The position numbers and the translations under genes were made by a program. The notes beneath the pieces are model-generated. The model was not told the DNA's origin and did not search any database. It saw only the letters and a program-made list of their open reading frames with translations. A DNA stretch of 63,902 nt, the filler included, from Olpidium bornovanus S191 (lineage: Eukaryota; Fungi; Olpidiomycota): the NCBI GenBank assembly GCA_017911155.1. It is 27 parts of 27 records of this genome, joined end to end, with 100 filler letters (N's around TTAATTAATTAA, not from the genome) between each part and the next. Parts side by side here need not be neighbours in the genome. Positions count along the whole stretch, not along the records: positions 23,511 to 25,262 come from JAEFCI010003141.1; positions 25,363 to 27,032 come from JAEFCI010007741.1; positions 27,133 to 28,207 come from JAEFCI010012694.1; positions 28,308 to 32,497 come from JAEFCI010008161.1; positions 32,598 to 35,169 come from JAEFCI010007418.1; positions 35,270 to 39,235 come from JAEFCI010012214.1; 21 more parts are not named here. One strand, given 5' to 3'. Below are positions 24,731 to 36,583 of the stretch, piece by piece. Within the stretch, counting starts at the first letter, position 1. The number at the start of each line of letters is the position of its first letter.

Positions 24731-25101
24731 CCCATATGTGGCCCAACCCATGTGTGGCCCGACCCGTGTGTGGCTCAACCGGGTGTGTCAACCCGTGTGT
24801 GGCCCAACCGGGTGTGGCGCCACACCCGGTGCAGACAAGGGAAAGGGCGCACATTGGGGCGGGGTTCCCACACTCGTGGGGCCGGTTGGCCTAGGGGGGT
24901 GGGCCACGTTCGGGGGGGCGGGTCCCCACACTCGTGGGGCTGGTTGGCGCCCTAGGGGGTGGCCCACGTTGCGGGGGTCCCCCTTGTCCCGTGGGGGCCC
25001 CCCCGTGCTGGGGGAGTGGGCGGACGCGCCACACGTGGTGGTCCCCCTCGTCCCGCGGGGGGGCCCCCCGTGCTGGGGGAGTGGGCGGACGCGCCACACG
25101 T
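24731..25101. repeat. GC-rich composite repeat block: ~16-bp array ending in a 22-bp palindrome, then two different duplicated ~60-bp units
   Basis: CCC(A/G)TGTGTGGCCCAA-like units at 24731, 24747, 24763 and 24792; palindrome CCGGGTGTGGCGCCACACCCGG at 24808-24829; duplicated units at about 24856/24915 and 24978/25043. Confidence 0.85.
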
Positions 25102-25362
25102 TTTGCTACACCCCTCCCACTTTTCTGTACCAGAAAAGTATCATGGAGGCTTGGAGTCGGAGGATGGCAGCGTTGCGGGTAGTTCTGCGGCCGCAGGGCG
25201 CCCGGGTAGCTTGGCGGCGGTTTATAACCGCTTTTTTTTTCTTCTCGAAGGTTTCCTGAAACNNNNNNNNNNNNNNNNNNNNNNNNNNNNNNNNNNNNNN
25301 NNNNNNTTAATTAATTAANNNNNNNNNNNNNNNNNNNNNNNNNNNNNNNNNNNNNNNNNNNN

Positions 25363-26158
25363 CATGCAGATTGAGTCCCGCCTGCAAAGTATGCCCGAAG
25401 GGTTTCTCTTTCGCGTCGATGAGGAATGGATCGCCTAACGCGCTACCGATGTTCAAAGAAGTTACTCAAATGCTACTGGCAAGCCCGTCGACGTCTGTTA
25501 GGAATCGTTGTCCCTGGAGTTTCCCATTTGGAATCATTGGCCGTGAGTCAGCGCAAAATTTTCAGCGAAATACCCATTTTTTGTTTACTAATGGTAAAAC
25601 GTGTCGCTTCCAGACCCTCTTGAGGTTGACCGCGGCCCACGCGAAGGTGAGTTCTCGATCTGCGTAGTTACTGCACGACAATCTGTATCGTTTTGATTTT
25701 GTGATGTCTTGGGCCGGCTGGTTCCACGCAGCTTTGCCTGTGCGCAGTCGCGGGGATAGACGACGCTTTGGTGAGGTGCGTCCGATTAGGTGTAATTTGC
25801 TGTGCGTATTCTCCGCAACTTGATTTCCCGCGTCATTCGATCAAGCACCAACTTTGCCTCACAATTTAGTATTCTCCTGTACGAGGAGCACACCGCGGAC
25901 AGGTTCAGCGTCTCGCTCCTGGGTTTCACTTCCCTCCCTGACGACGGCGAGAACGTCCGGAAGCTCTACGCCCCCTCGGTTCCAATGCGTGCCCCGAGAA
26001 GGTGGCTTGGCCCGGATTATGACTCGCCCGAAGTCGGTGGCAGAAGCGGCAGCGGCGGCGAAAACAGGATTGGGGAGGGGGAGGAAGGAATCATGGCTAG
26101 ATTATACGCACACATCCGCAGAATCTGCCAGACGGCAGGGGTCGCGAGCCTTCCTTGA
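25363..26158 (+). CDS. MCM-family AAA-lid C-terminal region, most like MCMDC2; 5'-partial (exons 25365-25388, 25459-25542, 25614-25646, 25732-25775, 25870-26158)
   Basis: Manual GT-AG splicing gives RLSPACK-KLLKCYWQARRRLLGIVVPGVSHLESLA-TLLRLTAAHAK-LCLCAVAGIDDALVS-ILLYEEHTADRFSVSLLGF, with consistent intron phases. Confidence 0.65.
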
Positions 26159-27291
26159 AGTTTGACGGGTCATCAAAAAACGCCGCTTTGCGTGCGTTTT
26201 TCCTCGGCGCAAGCCGCTGATCAGATGCTTTGTGCGTCCTCCTGCGTCGCCGCAAACGTTATGGAGGAAAAGGAAATGCTTTTTCTTTAAGAAAAACAAA
26301 GAGGCCTTTGGGTCCACGTCTTGCCGCATGACGAGGGGGAAAAATTTAAGAAGCAAATTACTTCCGATGAAACACTAACGACACTTTCTTGGTTATGCGT
26401 GGGAATCGCCGAAACCGTCTTTCCGCGATGACTCGGGTTCTGGGTAAGCGTATGGTGCAAGCCGGAAAATCTTCGCGTCCAATTGCCACAAACGTTTGGC
26501 GGATTTATGCGCAAGGCAGGCGCTCAGGCACCGGCGCTGGTTTTCCTAACAGTCGGAAGGCAAGTAAAATTGGACGGGTGGTCAGCAGAGGTGTTCGGCG
26601 AAAAAAAAAAAAGGATTTTCCGAATTTTTCCGAAGCTCCCGGCGATGGCGGCAGGCGCGGGCGCTAGGGAAGCCTCTCCGCCGACTCCAGAACACAGGAA
26701 ACTGCCCTCCCCCGCCCATGCCCACGGCCGGAAAGATGTCGCGGCTGATGGATGTCGCTCTCGGTTGAACGCGTCGGCGTCCTCAGGAAAAGCTCACGGT
26801 CGCCGTGGCCAAGCGGTTTTTTGCTTCACAGAGCAAGGCGATTCAGACAATCTTAACCCATATTTCTGACTGATTAGGCAATACCTTTTTGACTATCGCA
26901 GAAAGATCCTAACAAATCAACGTCCCTGAAATAAAGCTCTTGTACACGCGTCTATTGTTAGTATTGAAAAAGACTAATTAAGCTTCCACAGCCAGAAAGG
27001 GCACGAAAGCCTGCTCGGGTTTAGACCATGCCNNNNNNNNNNNNNNNNNNNNNNNNNNNNNNNNNNNNNNNNNNNNTTAATTAATTAANNNNNNNNNNNN
27101 NNNNNNNNNNNNNNNNNNNNNNNNNNNNNNNNCATGCGCAACTGTCAGAAGAGCTTCTCAGAACGTGTGTGCGGTTTGAAAGAGAGAGAGAGAGTGTGTG
27201 TATGTGTTCGTGGTGTGTACGTGTGGGTGTGTGTGTGTGTGGCGGAATAGTCCAGCTATTGGATAAACAGAACCAGCGGGTGACGGTTCAC

Positions 27292-27745
27292 CTGCAAGCG
27301 ACGACGAACACCTCGTCACCGCTCTGACACGGAAAACCGCTTGCGGGTGATATACGATGGTGAGCACATCTTCAACCGAGCGGTCCTTTGCCGTGGCCGA
27401 GGAGAACACGTCCTGCCGCAGTGACGTCACAATCTCGACGTCGTCAACAAAGAACGAATATGGATTCGACTCGTCCTGTTGACCCACAAGCAGCGGCGTA
27501 GGCACAGTCACACTATTAGGCACTCGAACTCAGAAGCCCAGCCCGAGTGCGGACGCGAACGAAAGAACATTGGCGTCCGCGCAAGGCCCCAGGCCGACCC
27601 TGTGACCCACGTTCTTCAGCAGCTGGTTGATGAGAAGTGATAGTTGCTCCTGGGTGACGTCTGACGGGAGGCTGAGGGGCGGACCCGTCTGCACACCGTC
27701 CGCGGTCTGGAATTGGGCAAGCACATTTCCGGTGGGGGCGTGCTA
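27292..27745 (-). CDS. RSA4: Ribosome assembly factor Rsa4/Notchless, N-terminal ubiquitin-like domain, partial
   Basis: VLAQFQTADG..TGPPLSLPSDVTQEQLSLLINQLL, then after an intron PYSFFVDDVEI..SL and VEDVLTIVYHPQAVFRVRAVTRCSSSLAG. Confidence 0.9.
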
Positions 27746-28307
27746 GTTCGCGTGGGTACGCAGCGTCAGAGGCAGAGGCGGGTGGCGTCAGGGACGAGGC
27801 TCGAGGACGAAAGGGAGGGGGAAGCCAGGCGGAGGGGGCGCAGGACGTTCAGGTGTACGGGAGGATTTCCTGGAACTCAATCGGGAGAAGAGCACATAGC
27901 GACGGCCGCTTCGCGACGCCCGCGCTGCTCCCTGAGCGGCCGCGTCGAAGCCACGACCTAGGTAGCAGGAGACGCCGCCCGCCGCAGTGCGGCATCATCG
28001 CGGCCCAGGCCTGTTCTGCTGCTCGTCCCTCGTTCTCCCGCGCGCCCCTGCCGCTCCCGGGAGAAAGCAACGCACCTTCCCCTCTGCCTCGTCGTTCGCC
28101 GCCTTCCTCTTCTTCGTGAAGGCGGTCATTATAAGTGCGAGCGTGCCACGCTGTCCGTACGGGCTCTCTCGGGGTCTCGGGGTGGTGGCGGGCAGGAGAG
28201 GAGAGGGNNNNNNNNNNNNNNNNNNNNNNNNNNNNNNNNNNNNNNNNNNNNTTAATTAATTAANNNNNNNNNNNNNNNNNNNNNNNNNNNNNNNNNNNNN
28301 NNNNNNN

Positions 28308-29431
28308 CCCCCCCCCTCCTCTCTCTCTCTCCCGCTTTCCCCGCCGTCGTGCTCGCAGAATGCCCAGCCGGACCCCGTCCAGGTCCACCGCCAGAACGAG
28401 GTGCGGCGGCGCCTGCGCGCACGGCGCCGGGCCGAGAACCAGCGCTGCGTGCGGACGCCGGATCCGGCGGCGGGGCGGAAAAACGCTGACATCCAGACCG
28501 ACGCTTTCCTCGAGGAGATGGTGAACGCCGTCCCCGAAGCGGACGCACAGACGCAGACCGACGCCTTCCTGGACCGCGCGCCCTCCCCTTGGTACGTCCC
28601 GCAGAAGTCCGGCGCCGACGCCGAGACGCAGATATGCGACGGCGAGCTCTTCGATTTCGACTACGAGGTCGCGCCGATCGCCGACGTCATCGCCGAAAAG
28701 ACGCTCGAACAGTCGCTGATGGAAATGATGGAGGAAGAAGAGCTGGCGACGCTGAAAAAGCGCCAGGTCCGTCGTCGTGCTCGACCCCCGTGATTTTTTT
28801 GTCCTGCGCAGATCTATAACGGCGGCTCTGGGTATTAAGGGGGGGGGGGGGGGGGGGTTGAGAACGGAAGGTGACGTTCGGCGTCCGGCTCCCCTTCGCC
28901 CGTCGCCCGGGACTCCTCGCTTCAGGAGGATTACGAAGCCACCTGGGCAGCCGCCGTCGTAGAGCAGCAGCGGCTGGAGGAGAACGAACGCCGCCGCACG
29001 GAAGAGAAAACGCGGAGGGTGGCGGAGCGGCTCAGGGTGCTCGCCGAGAAGGGGAACGTGGCGTCCAAGATCGCCGCCCGCGCGTTCGCTAAAGGCTACC
29101 TCTCCGAGCTGGTCCCCAACACGCTCTCCACCTTGCGGCGCAACGGGTTCTATTACGACACCGTCACGCGCGAGGTCGAATTGCAATTCTTGCCCTGGAT
29201 CAGCGCAGAAGTGGGCAACAAGGTCGAGAGGCTGCGGGCCGCGAGGATCCTCGCGGATGGTACGTTTCGAGACTTTTTTTTTTTTTTTTCGGCCGCGAGA
29301 GGAAAAATTCCCGATAATCGGCGAAGAAAAAGGGAGGGGAGGGATTACTGAGCCTGACCCGCTTTCGTGTGGGGACCTGGCCGGCAGACATCATCAAGTT
29401 TGCGTTGTTTAAGATGAAAGGATGCTCGTGA
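28308..29431 (+). CDS. RSPH3: Radial spoke protein 3 (axonemal), 5'-partial
   Basis: DIQTDAFLEE, QTQTDAFLDR, KSGADAETQICDGELFDFDYEV, KTLEQSLMEMMEEEELA, KIAARAFAKGYLSELVP, GFYYDTVTREVELQFLPW. Confidence 0.93.
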
Positions 29432-30279
29432 AAACTACCCACCACCCCCTCCCCTCTCTCTCCTTCCCCGTCCCCCTCGCCTCCGCCGAGTCCCCGCGAG
29501 GCACGAGGATCCTCGCGCATGGTGCGTTTCGGCTTTCAGCAGAAATTAAGCGGATAATTTTGACGGTTTGTATTTTCCCGAGACCGGCCTGCTCCGCGCG
29601 TGACCGAGGGGGGGGGGGGGGGGGGGGGGGGGGGCGGGGGGGGGGGGGGGGGCGTGGGAGGGTGCAGGCGACGTCAAGTTCACGTCCTTTAACGATGAGA
29701 AAGGGAGCTCGAGTGAAGCCTTTCCTCGCTCTTCCAATTCCCCGCGAACCCGCGGCAATCACGGGAACATGGTTGCGATCGGATATCCGGGCCGCTCTCT
29801 GCACTCTTGCGCCCAATAACATCCCGCACATCACTCGGCGTGCCCGCGCAGGCAGAAACGCCGATGCCGTTTAAACCCTGCCCACCACACCCCACCCCCC
29901 TCGCTCGCCAGGATGATATCTGGGGGAGCGGATTGCACTGCGCACGAGTTTCCGGTTCTATAAACGGTTTTCGCGCCGCTCGCGTCACGCCGCCCTCAAT
30001 TCTTTCACTCAAAGGCCGGCTTCTCTGCGGCAACCGACCGGGGGGTAGACGGCTTTTCGTGCGGAAATCCGTGCTGCGTACGTTTGCGCGGCGGGGGTGG
30101 GAAGGGGGTTGCGTTCGGCGGGTCGGGTGGGCTACGCAGGCGGTACGCGCACCCGTGCGAAAAAAAAATAATCCCCTCGACCTCGGGATTTTTTTTTTTT
30201 TTTTTCAGTCTTTTCTTGCCCCCCAGCCGCCTCGACCCGGGCCTTGCTGGAAAAAAGAAAAACCAAACGGGCCCCGGGA

Positions 30280-32497
30280 ATGAAGGCCGCGAAAACCGGC
30301 CGCCGCGTGCTGCTCGCGGCGCGCGTCCGTCCGGCTTCCCGGGCTTCTGCGCGCGTGCGCCTGTTCTCCGCCGCCGCGGACGGCGACGCCGCGCCGCTCG
30401 GCTGCGGCGCCGAAGGGCCCCGGCAACGCTTGGTTGCCTGGGGGTGGGCGGCGGAGCTCGCCGGCCCGGACCCGCTGGATCCGCGGCGGAAGCCACTGCC
30501 GCCGACGGAAATATGTTTCCGGAAGCTCCTGCGAGCAAGCCGACATCCGGTTGACGATGAGGATGTACGGTTACGCGAGCAGTATTGCCGCTATCTCCCT
30601 CTCCCGTTTCGTCGGTTTACCAAAAATCATAGAGCTCGAAGACGGTGTGCAACGGTTACGGGGAGCTTGATTTAGCTGACGGCTCCGAGGTGAACACACT
30701 GCGCCCCAGGTGGTGGAAATCCGTCACCTGGCCTCCTCCTGGGGTCACGGTCTCGTCGGGTTTCGGAAAACGAAGCGAAACGAGCCGGCCGACCTCGGCT
30801 GCGATTCGATCTTTTCCTTTGGAGCTAACAAAAGCGGTCAACTAGGTATGCGTTTCATACATAATATGTACGGGTTTTTATGTACGGGCCCACGGGGGGT
30901 TTTTTTTTTGCACCACTATGTGTGCGTAGCAGGTAGCAGGTTAGGAGAGTGCTAAGATCGGAAAGCACGGGATCTTGGTTTCGAGACGTCCGAGTGGAAG
31001 GGACGCTACCTTTCTCATTTTCCCAGGCCTTGGTTATGCGTCGCCCGGTTGCAGGTCCGGTATCGTGAAGATGCCGGCGCTTTTGAACGGGGAAACCCAC
31101 CCCGCTTTGCTCTCCGTCGCGTGCGGTAGAGAGCATTCGCTGGCGTTGTGCGAACTTGGCGCGGGTAAATTTTTCTCTCTCTCTCTTTCTGATTACCGCC
31201 ACGGAGGGCTTCTTTTCGCAGGACGGAAAAGGGCTCGCGCCCTTCGCGCCGAGAAACTAAAACGCGGTGGATTTTTTTCTCCCAGGGATTACTGCGATCT
31301 ACGCGTTCGGAAACACTATGTACGGCCAGCTCGGCGTGGGTCGCAGCAAGCACGATCTGGACGGCTCGACGACGCGGCGCGGGTTTGAGCAGTACCGGTC
31401 TTCGACGTCGCCAGTGCGCGAAACGCAGCCCGTTCCCGTGGCGGGAGGCTCCGTCGGCGACGCGATCGAGATCACGGCAGGCCTTGATCACTCTGCCGTC
31501 CTGCGGAGTACGTCTTCTTTTAACCTTTAGGAAGAAAAATAGCCCGGTTCCCGTCGACCTCTTTGGTGTCTTAATCGCCTCGTCCGGAATCCCCAAATGT
31601 GACCGGCGTTGCTAATGTTTTTTTTTCGGTTTATTTTTTCCTGTTGCGTCATTTATATCGAAAGGGGACGGCACCGTCTGGACAATGGGATGGGGCGCCG
31701 ACGGCCAACTCGGCCAAGGAGACACGTCGGCAAGGTCAAGCGCCGCGCAGGGTGATGGCTGCGACGGCGACATCCCTGGCCGAGTCGCCGGCCTCGAGAG
31801 CGTCAAGATCGAAAAGATCGTCTCAGGGTGCGCCGACTTCACCGTCGCGATGGAGGGTGCGTTTCGTTTTCTTTCCGTGCCCCAGCGGCTTGTATTACCC
31901 ATTTTCTCCCCCTCCCCCCCTCCTCCTCCTTCTCCGAATTGACTTTTTTTTTTACACGCGAAACAAATTGACGTACCATTTGTACAATTTCCAAAGAGAA
32001 AACGAACAGGATGTTCACTTGGGGCAACTCGGAGTATGGGCAGTGCATGGGGGGGTACAAGCAAGACCAGGTCATGCGCGCTCAGGAAGTGCCTATCGGC
32101 GTCGGGCGGCCCGAATACGGCGGAGGCCGGATCGTTGACGTCGCCGTAGGGGGCACTTTTGCGGTCTTGCTAGATGGTTGGTGTATCAAACGCATTTTTT
32201 TCTTCCCTTTTGATTTTTGTGACGGGACAAAAGGTGCCGGGGTGGGGTGGTGGGTTCGATTTTTTGACCGGTTCGCGGGACAACCGTTCGTATTCGTAAA
32301 TTGCATGGGAAAGAGAGAGGAGACGTGTACACTGTCGGCTTCGGCTCGATCGGCCTGGGTGACGGCGTTACCGAGACCATGACGCCGCGGAGAGTCGATT
32401 TCGACATAGGCCCCGGGCAAACCGTCACAGGTGTTTTCGCAGGTCTAGAGTGGGCGGGCGCAGTTATAGGTGAACCGATTCCCTTCCACTTCGCACC
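30280..32497 (+). CDS. RCC1-repeat protein, RCC1L/WBSCR16-like, with an Arg/Ala-rich putative mitochondrial presequence; 3'-partial
   Basis: Repeats FGANKSGQLG, VACGREHSL, FGNTMYGQLG, ITAGLDHS, GWGADGQLG, WGNSEYGQ, VAVGGTF. The GWGADGQ and WGNSEY pair is typical of RCC1L. Confidence 0.75.
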
Positions 32498-33419
32498 NNN
32501 NNNNNNNNNNNNNNNNNNNNNNNNNNNNNNNNNNNNNNNNNTTAATTAATTAANNNNNNNNNNNNNNNNNNNNNNNNNNNNNNNNNNNNNNNNNNNNCAT
32601 GGTCATTGATGAAAAATCTGATCTTCCACCCTAACCACTCCAAAAGAGGCCTGCCTTCGGACGGCAGTATGTTGTTCCGGTGGATGTGAGCGGCGTACAA
32701 ATGCCCACTTCCGCCTGAGAAAATTTTGCAAGAAGGATGGCAAAATCAGGCAACTCGCACTTCTGCAGACGACGGCATGAAGTTCCAAGCACGCTCTGGC
32801 CCCCGCGACTCTCCCCTCCCCCCCACCCCCCTTTTTCCCTCCTTCCCCGCCCCACAAGGCGCAGCAAGGGGAAACCCAGCCAACCAACCCCAACCAGGGC
32901 GAGTCTCCTGCTGCTTGCGGGCATGCAAACGCCCTGGCTCCTAACCTCCACATACGCGAACTTCACGTGCACTCCGGCAACAACGGCCGCTACGACCGCG
33001 CCGCCCGGCCTCGGGACGGTCGGCGCGTAGCGCGTTTCGCCCCGTGGATATTCCGGAACGCAGCAGTGCAGGGATGCCATAATCACGAGCCGTCGGTCGT
33101 CAGGAGGTCGTCCTCCCGCCATTTGCAAGGAAGGCGACGGTGCGAAGGAGCGAAGAAGTTCGGGTGGTATGCGGAGGCCGCCGCAGCCGCTTATCGCTGT
33201 GGCCGCGGCCCGCTGACGTGCGCATTAGGGCAGGATTGCAGTCGGTCCCAGCAGCGCTCGGATGATGACGCCGCCGCTCAATAAAGCGAAGGAGCACTTG
33301 GACATCTCCGGGCTTTCTCCGAGTCGGCCAGGTTGTCATCATCGCCGCAACGAAAAGGGCAGCTCTACCGCGTTTCTACTTCGCCTCCTGCATCGGCGCG
33401 GAAGGCGTCGGCGCGGTGT

Positions 33420-35169
33420 TTATCGACCAGCCGACCAGCCGCCGCTGCCATACTGCCCGCCACGACTTCCCGTGGAAAAAGGCGGTAGGTCCGGGGAGTT
33501 GTTCTTGTGGGGGATTCGGGATATAACACGCAGAGGCAGCAGGGGAAAGCGCGGCCGATCGCTCAGCAAGAGCCAAGACCTGCGGGACTTTCGATAAGAT
33601 GTTGTTGGGAGTGGGTGGGGGAGGGGACATGCAAGGAAAGAATAAATACTATCTGGCAATTTTTGTCAACCGACGCAACGCTGCTATTGCCGGATTATGT
33701 GTCGCCAGCGGCGACGTCGGGGAATGTGATAATGACAGACTTGCCGAGGGGAATAACGGGGAAGCTGCGGACGATGCGGAGCGCATCCAGCTGGTGGCCT
33801 TGGAGCTCCGGGAAGGCCCTCCGTGCGGCGAATCGGCCTCCTGGCCTGGGCTAGTTATTGCGAGGGGAGGCAGGAAGGGGGAAATTGGCGTCGGGGGAGG
33901 GCCAGGAGGCCCCGCCGGCGCCGCCGGAACATCATCGGTCGGCTTGCGCTGTCGGTACACGAGGAAACGCTTTTGCGCTCCTCTCGGCGGCAGTTGGCTA
34001 ATCTCTTCTGGGAAATTTTTTTTGAAAACTGGGAAAGCAGGAAATTCCGTTTTGAGGGGAACAGAAAAGAACGTCCGCCAACGCGCATCCGCCAGGCACG
34101 TACATCTCTCCAGGTTTTCGTGCAAGGGCCTCATTTCTGGAGGAACGATCACGTCGTGTATTTCTAAGCACTCGTCTATGATTCTCACCTGCAGGCGAAG
34201 ACGAAAGAAAAAAACAATTGTGATCCGTCTAAAACACACGACATAGCTTCCAGTGGCGTGGCCTCCTTGCACAGGCGCGTACGTACCTGTTCGTTTATTG
34301 CGTCGCGCAGTTGACGCACTAACGTCTCCTTGTCCGGGTTATGTTCGACGTACTTTGGATCGAAGAACGCCTGCTTGTACATAGGGACGCCGCCGTTGAC
34401 GGGTGCGTCCACTGCCCCGTTCAGCGACATCGTCAGCGGGTTGGCGTTCACTTTTTGGGAAGGGCCCGAAACCGCGATGTCGGCGGCGATCGCGCCGTAC
34501 TTCTTTGCCAAACTGCGCAATTCTTTGTTTTTGGTATTCATGGCAATAAGGGCATTCTCCACGGGTGATATTTCGTTCGTCTCGCTGCGGATAACTTCGC
34601 TTCGCCGCAGCAGCGAGGGGAAGGTGTCTTCGGAATACAGGACGGTCTTCTCTGTCCACAGGTCGAGAAACTCGTTTCCGGACTTGCTCGCTTTCCGGAA
34701 AGGCCTGCTGAAGCTGAACTTGTTGACTTGGTTCACTTCGTAATACGCGCGGATCGGGTCCGCGATGAGATCGCCCTTCGTGAAAATCTCTTGCGTCCTG
34801 TCCGGCTCGGGAGCCACGGCCGTGATCTGAAGATACTGTCCCTCTGAGTTCAGGATGTCGTCCCCCGGAGGGCTGTTGGACTTCAGGAGAACGGCGGTCG
34901 GGTGACGGTTTTGGATGCGCTCGCAGAACGCCGCGATCTTCTCCCACTCGTCGCCGCGGTATATGAACTGCCGGTTGCGCAGCGACGGCGGGAACGCGCG
35001 GCCGTAGTATCCGACGCGGAAGTACTCTCGCGGATACCGCTCCTTCGTCATGATGCTGCGGTAGAAAGTCGCCAGCTGCTCTGATACGTCCGCCACCTTC
35101 TGATACTGGAACACCTTAGTTTCGTACTGATTTATCAGCTCCTTGCAGGCTTGGATCGCCATCTCCCAG
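33420..35169 (-). CDS. DOCK-family (DOCK-A/B-like) Rac GEF, DHR-2 domain and low-complexity C-terminus; 5'-partial, 3' end approximate
   Basis: YFRVGYYGRAFPPSLRNRQFIYRG, QYLQITAV, ISPVENAL, LTMSLNGAVDAPVNGGVPMYKQAFF (nucleotide-sensor Val intact), PPEMRPLHENL. Confidence 0.92.
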
Positions 35170-35269
35170 NNNNNNNNNNNNNNNNNNNNNNNNNNNNNNN
35201 NNNNNNNNNNNNNTTAATTAATTAANNNNNNNNNNNNNNNNNNNNNNNNNNNNNNNNNNNNNNNNNNNN

Positions 35270-36583
35270 CGACTTCGTAGACGAAGATGAGGCAATGATG
35301 CTGAACGGGTTCACGTATGAAAACATCGGCTTCTTAGTGCCAGGGGTTTCAGCAGGTTCATCCAATTTCCCCGGCTTCGCGTCGGCCATGTCTTCGGTCA
35401 AGGCGTCCGACCCGCCGCGTCCAGCGGTCCGCACTCTGCTGGGGAACAATCCGCCTTGCAGACTTTCCTGCGCATGCGAATTACTAACGGAAAGTCAGCT
35501 TTTTAGGGACGCGCCGGAGAAATCCACACACCTGCGCGGCGCCGAACGATCCAACCTTCGCAGGAGCCAAAAAAAAAATGTTACCCTGGAACACAACTAG
35601 ACGTACTTTGACCGCATCGCCGTTCCAAACAGCGCCTTTTTGATGTGCTCCGTGGCGCTCGTGTCGATGGCAGACGGACTGGCGTTTCCTGCCCGGTGCT
35701 CCGCGGTACGCGGTCGGTCGGCAGAGCTCCCGGCAAACGCGCCACTTTCCGACTCGTCGGACTCGGCCGCGCCTGGAGGCTTTGGCTTCCCGGCAGTCGG
35801 CGCGGGCGACGGCGACGACGACGATGTTGCCCGCAGAAGCACGCTGAGAAGGTCAGAACCGTTTTCCGGCGGGGCGGCCGAAGGCTGAGGCTGAACGGCC
35901 TGCGCGCGTTCCTCCGTGCGCGCCGGCGGCGGCCCGAAGAGCCTGCCAAGCGAACTCCCGTGAGCGCTACTCGCGGCGGCCCCTGGCAGGAGTGGCGGCG
36001 CCCCGCCGGTCTGATTCGCGGCGCTGCCGCCGCCGCCGCCCGCGGCGGCATGACTTTCGAGCAGCCTGAGGAGCGAGTGCGACGCGTCCGACGGCGGCTG
36101 AACAGGCGGCGGCGGCGGCGTGCGAGTCTGCGCCTGGTCTTGCCGCCGCTGCTGATCAAACACCGGCAAAGGGGGGGGGCGCGGAGAGGAGGACCGTTGT
36201 CTCGGGGGGGGCGGATTCCCGTTCCCGCTTCCGAACTGCGGAGGCGGCAAAGCGTCGGGAGAAGGGCCAGCAACGTTGGGACTACCGACGTTGGGCCCCG
36301 ATATGGCCGACGAAGCAGACGAGGGAGGAAAGTTACTCGGCGACATCGGCAGGCTGCTCGGCAGCGGGATGTTCTGCGGCAGGTGGGCGGACGAGGTCGA
36401 CACGTGCGCTGGTGCCATCTTCGCTGCCGCGGCCGCCGTCGCCGCCCCGGAAGACGAGGAGGACGGGAACGCGGGATGCTGCTGCGGTTGGACGAAGGGG
36501 CCTCCGCCCGATCGTATACCCTGTCCGATCAGGGCGTCCAGCAAGCTCCGCTTCCGTTCCTGCTGTTGACGGTCTTCCTCCAT
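35270..36583 (-). CDS. Pro/Ser/Gln-rich N-terminus of a probable Edc4/Pdc1-like decapping scaffold, 3'-partial
   Basis: 328-codon low-complexity exon with short leucine motifs (SLLDAL, SLLRLL, DLLSVLL, IKKALFG), then after an intron MFSYVNPF, a motif I associate with fungal Pdc1/Edc4 N-termini. No beta-propeller is visible to confirm it. Confidence 0.45.
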
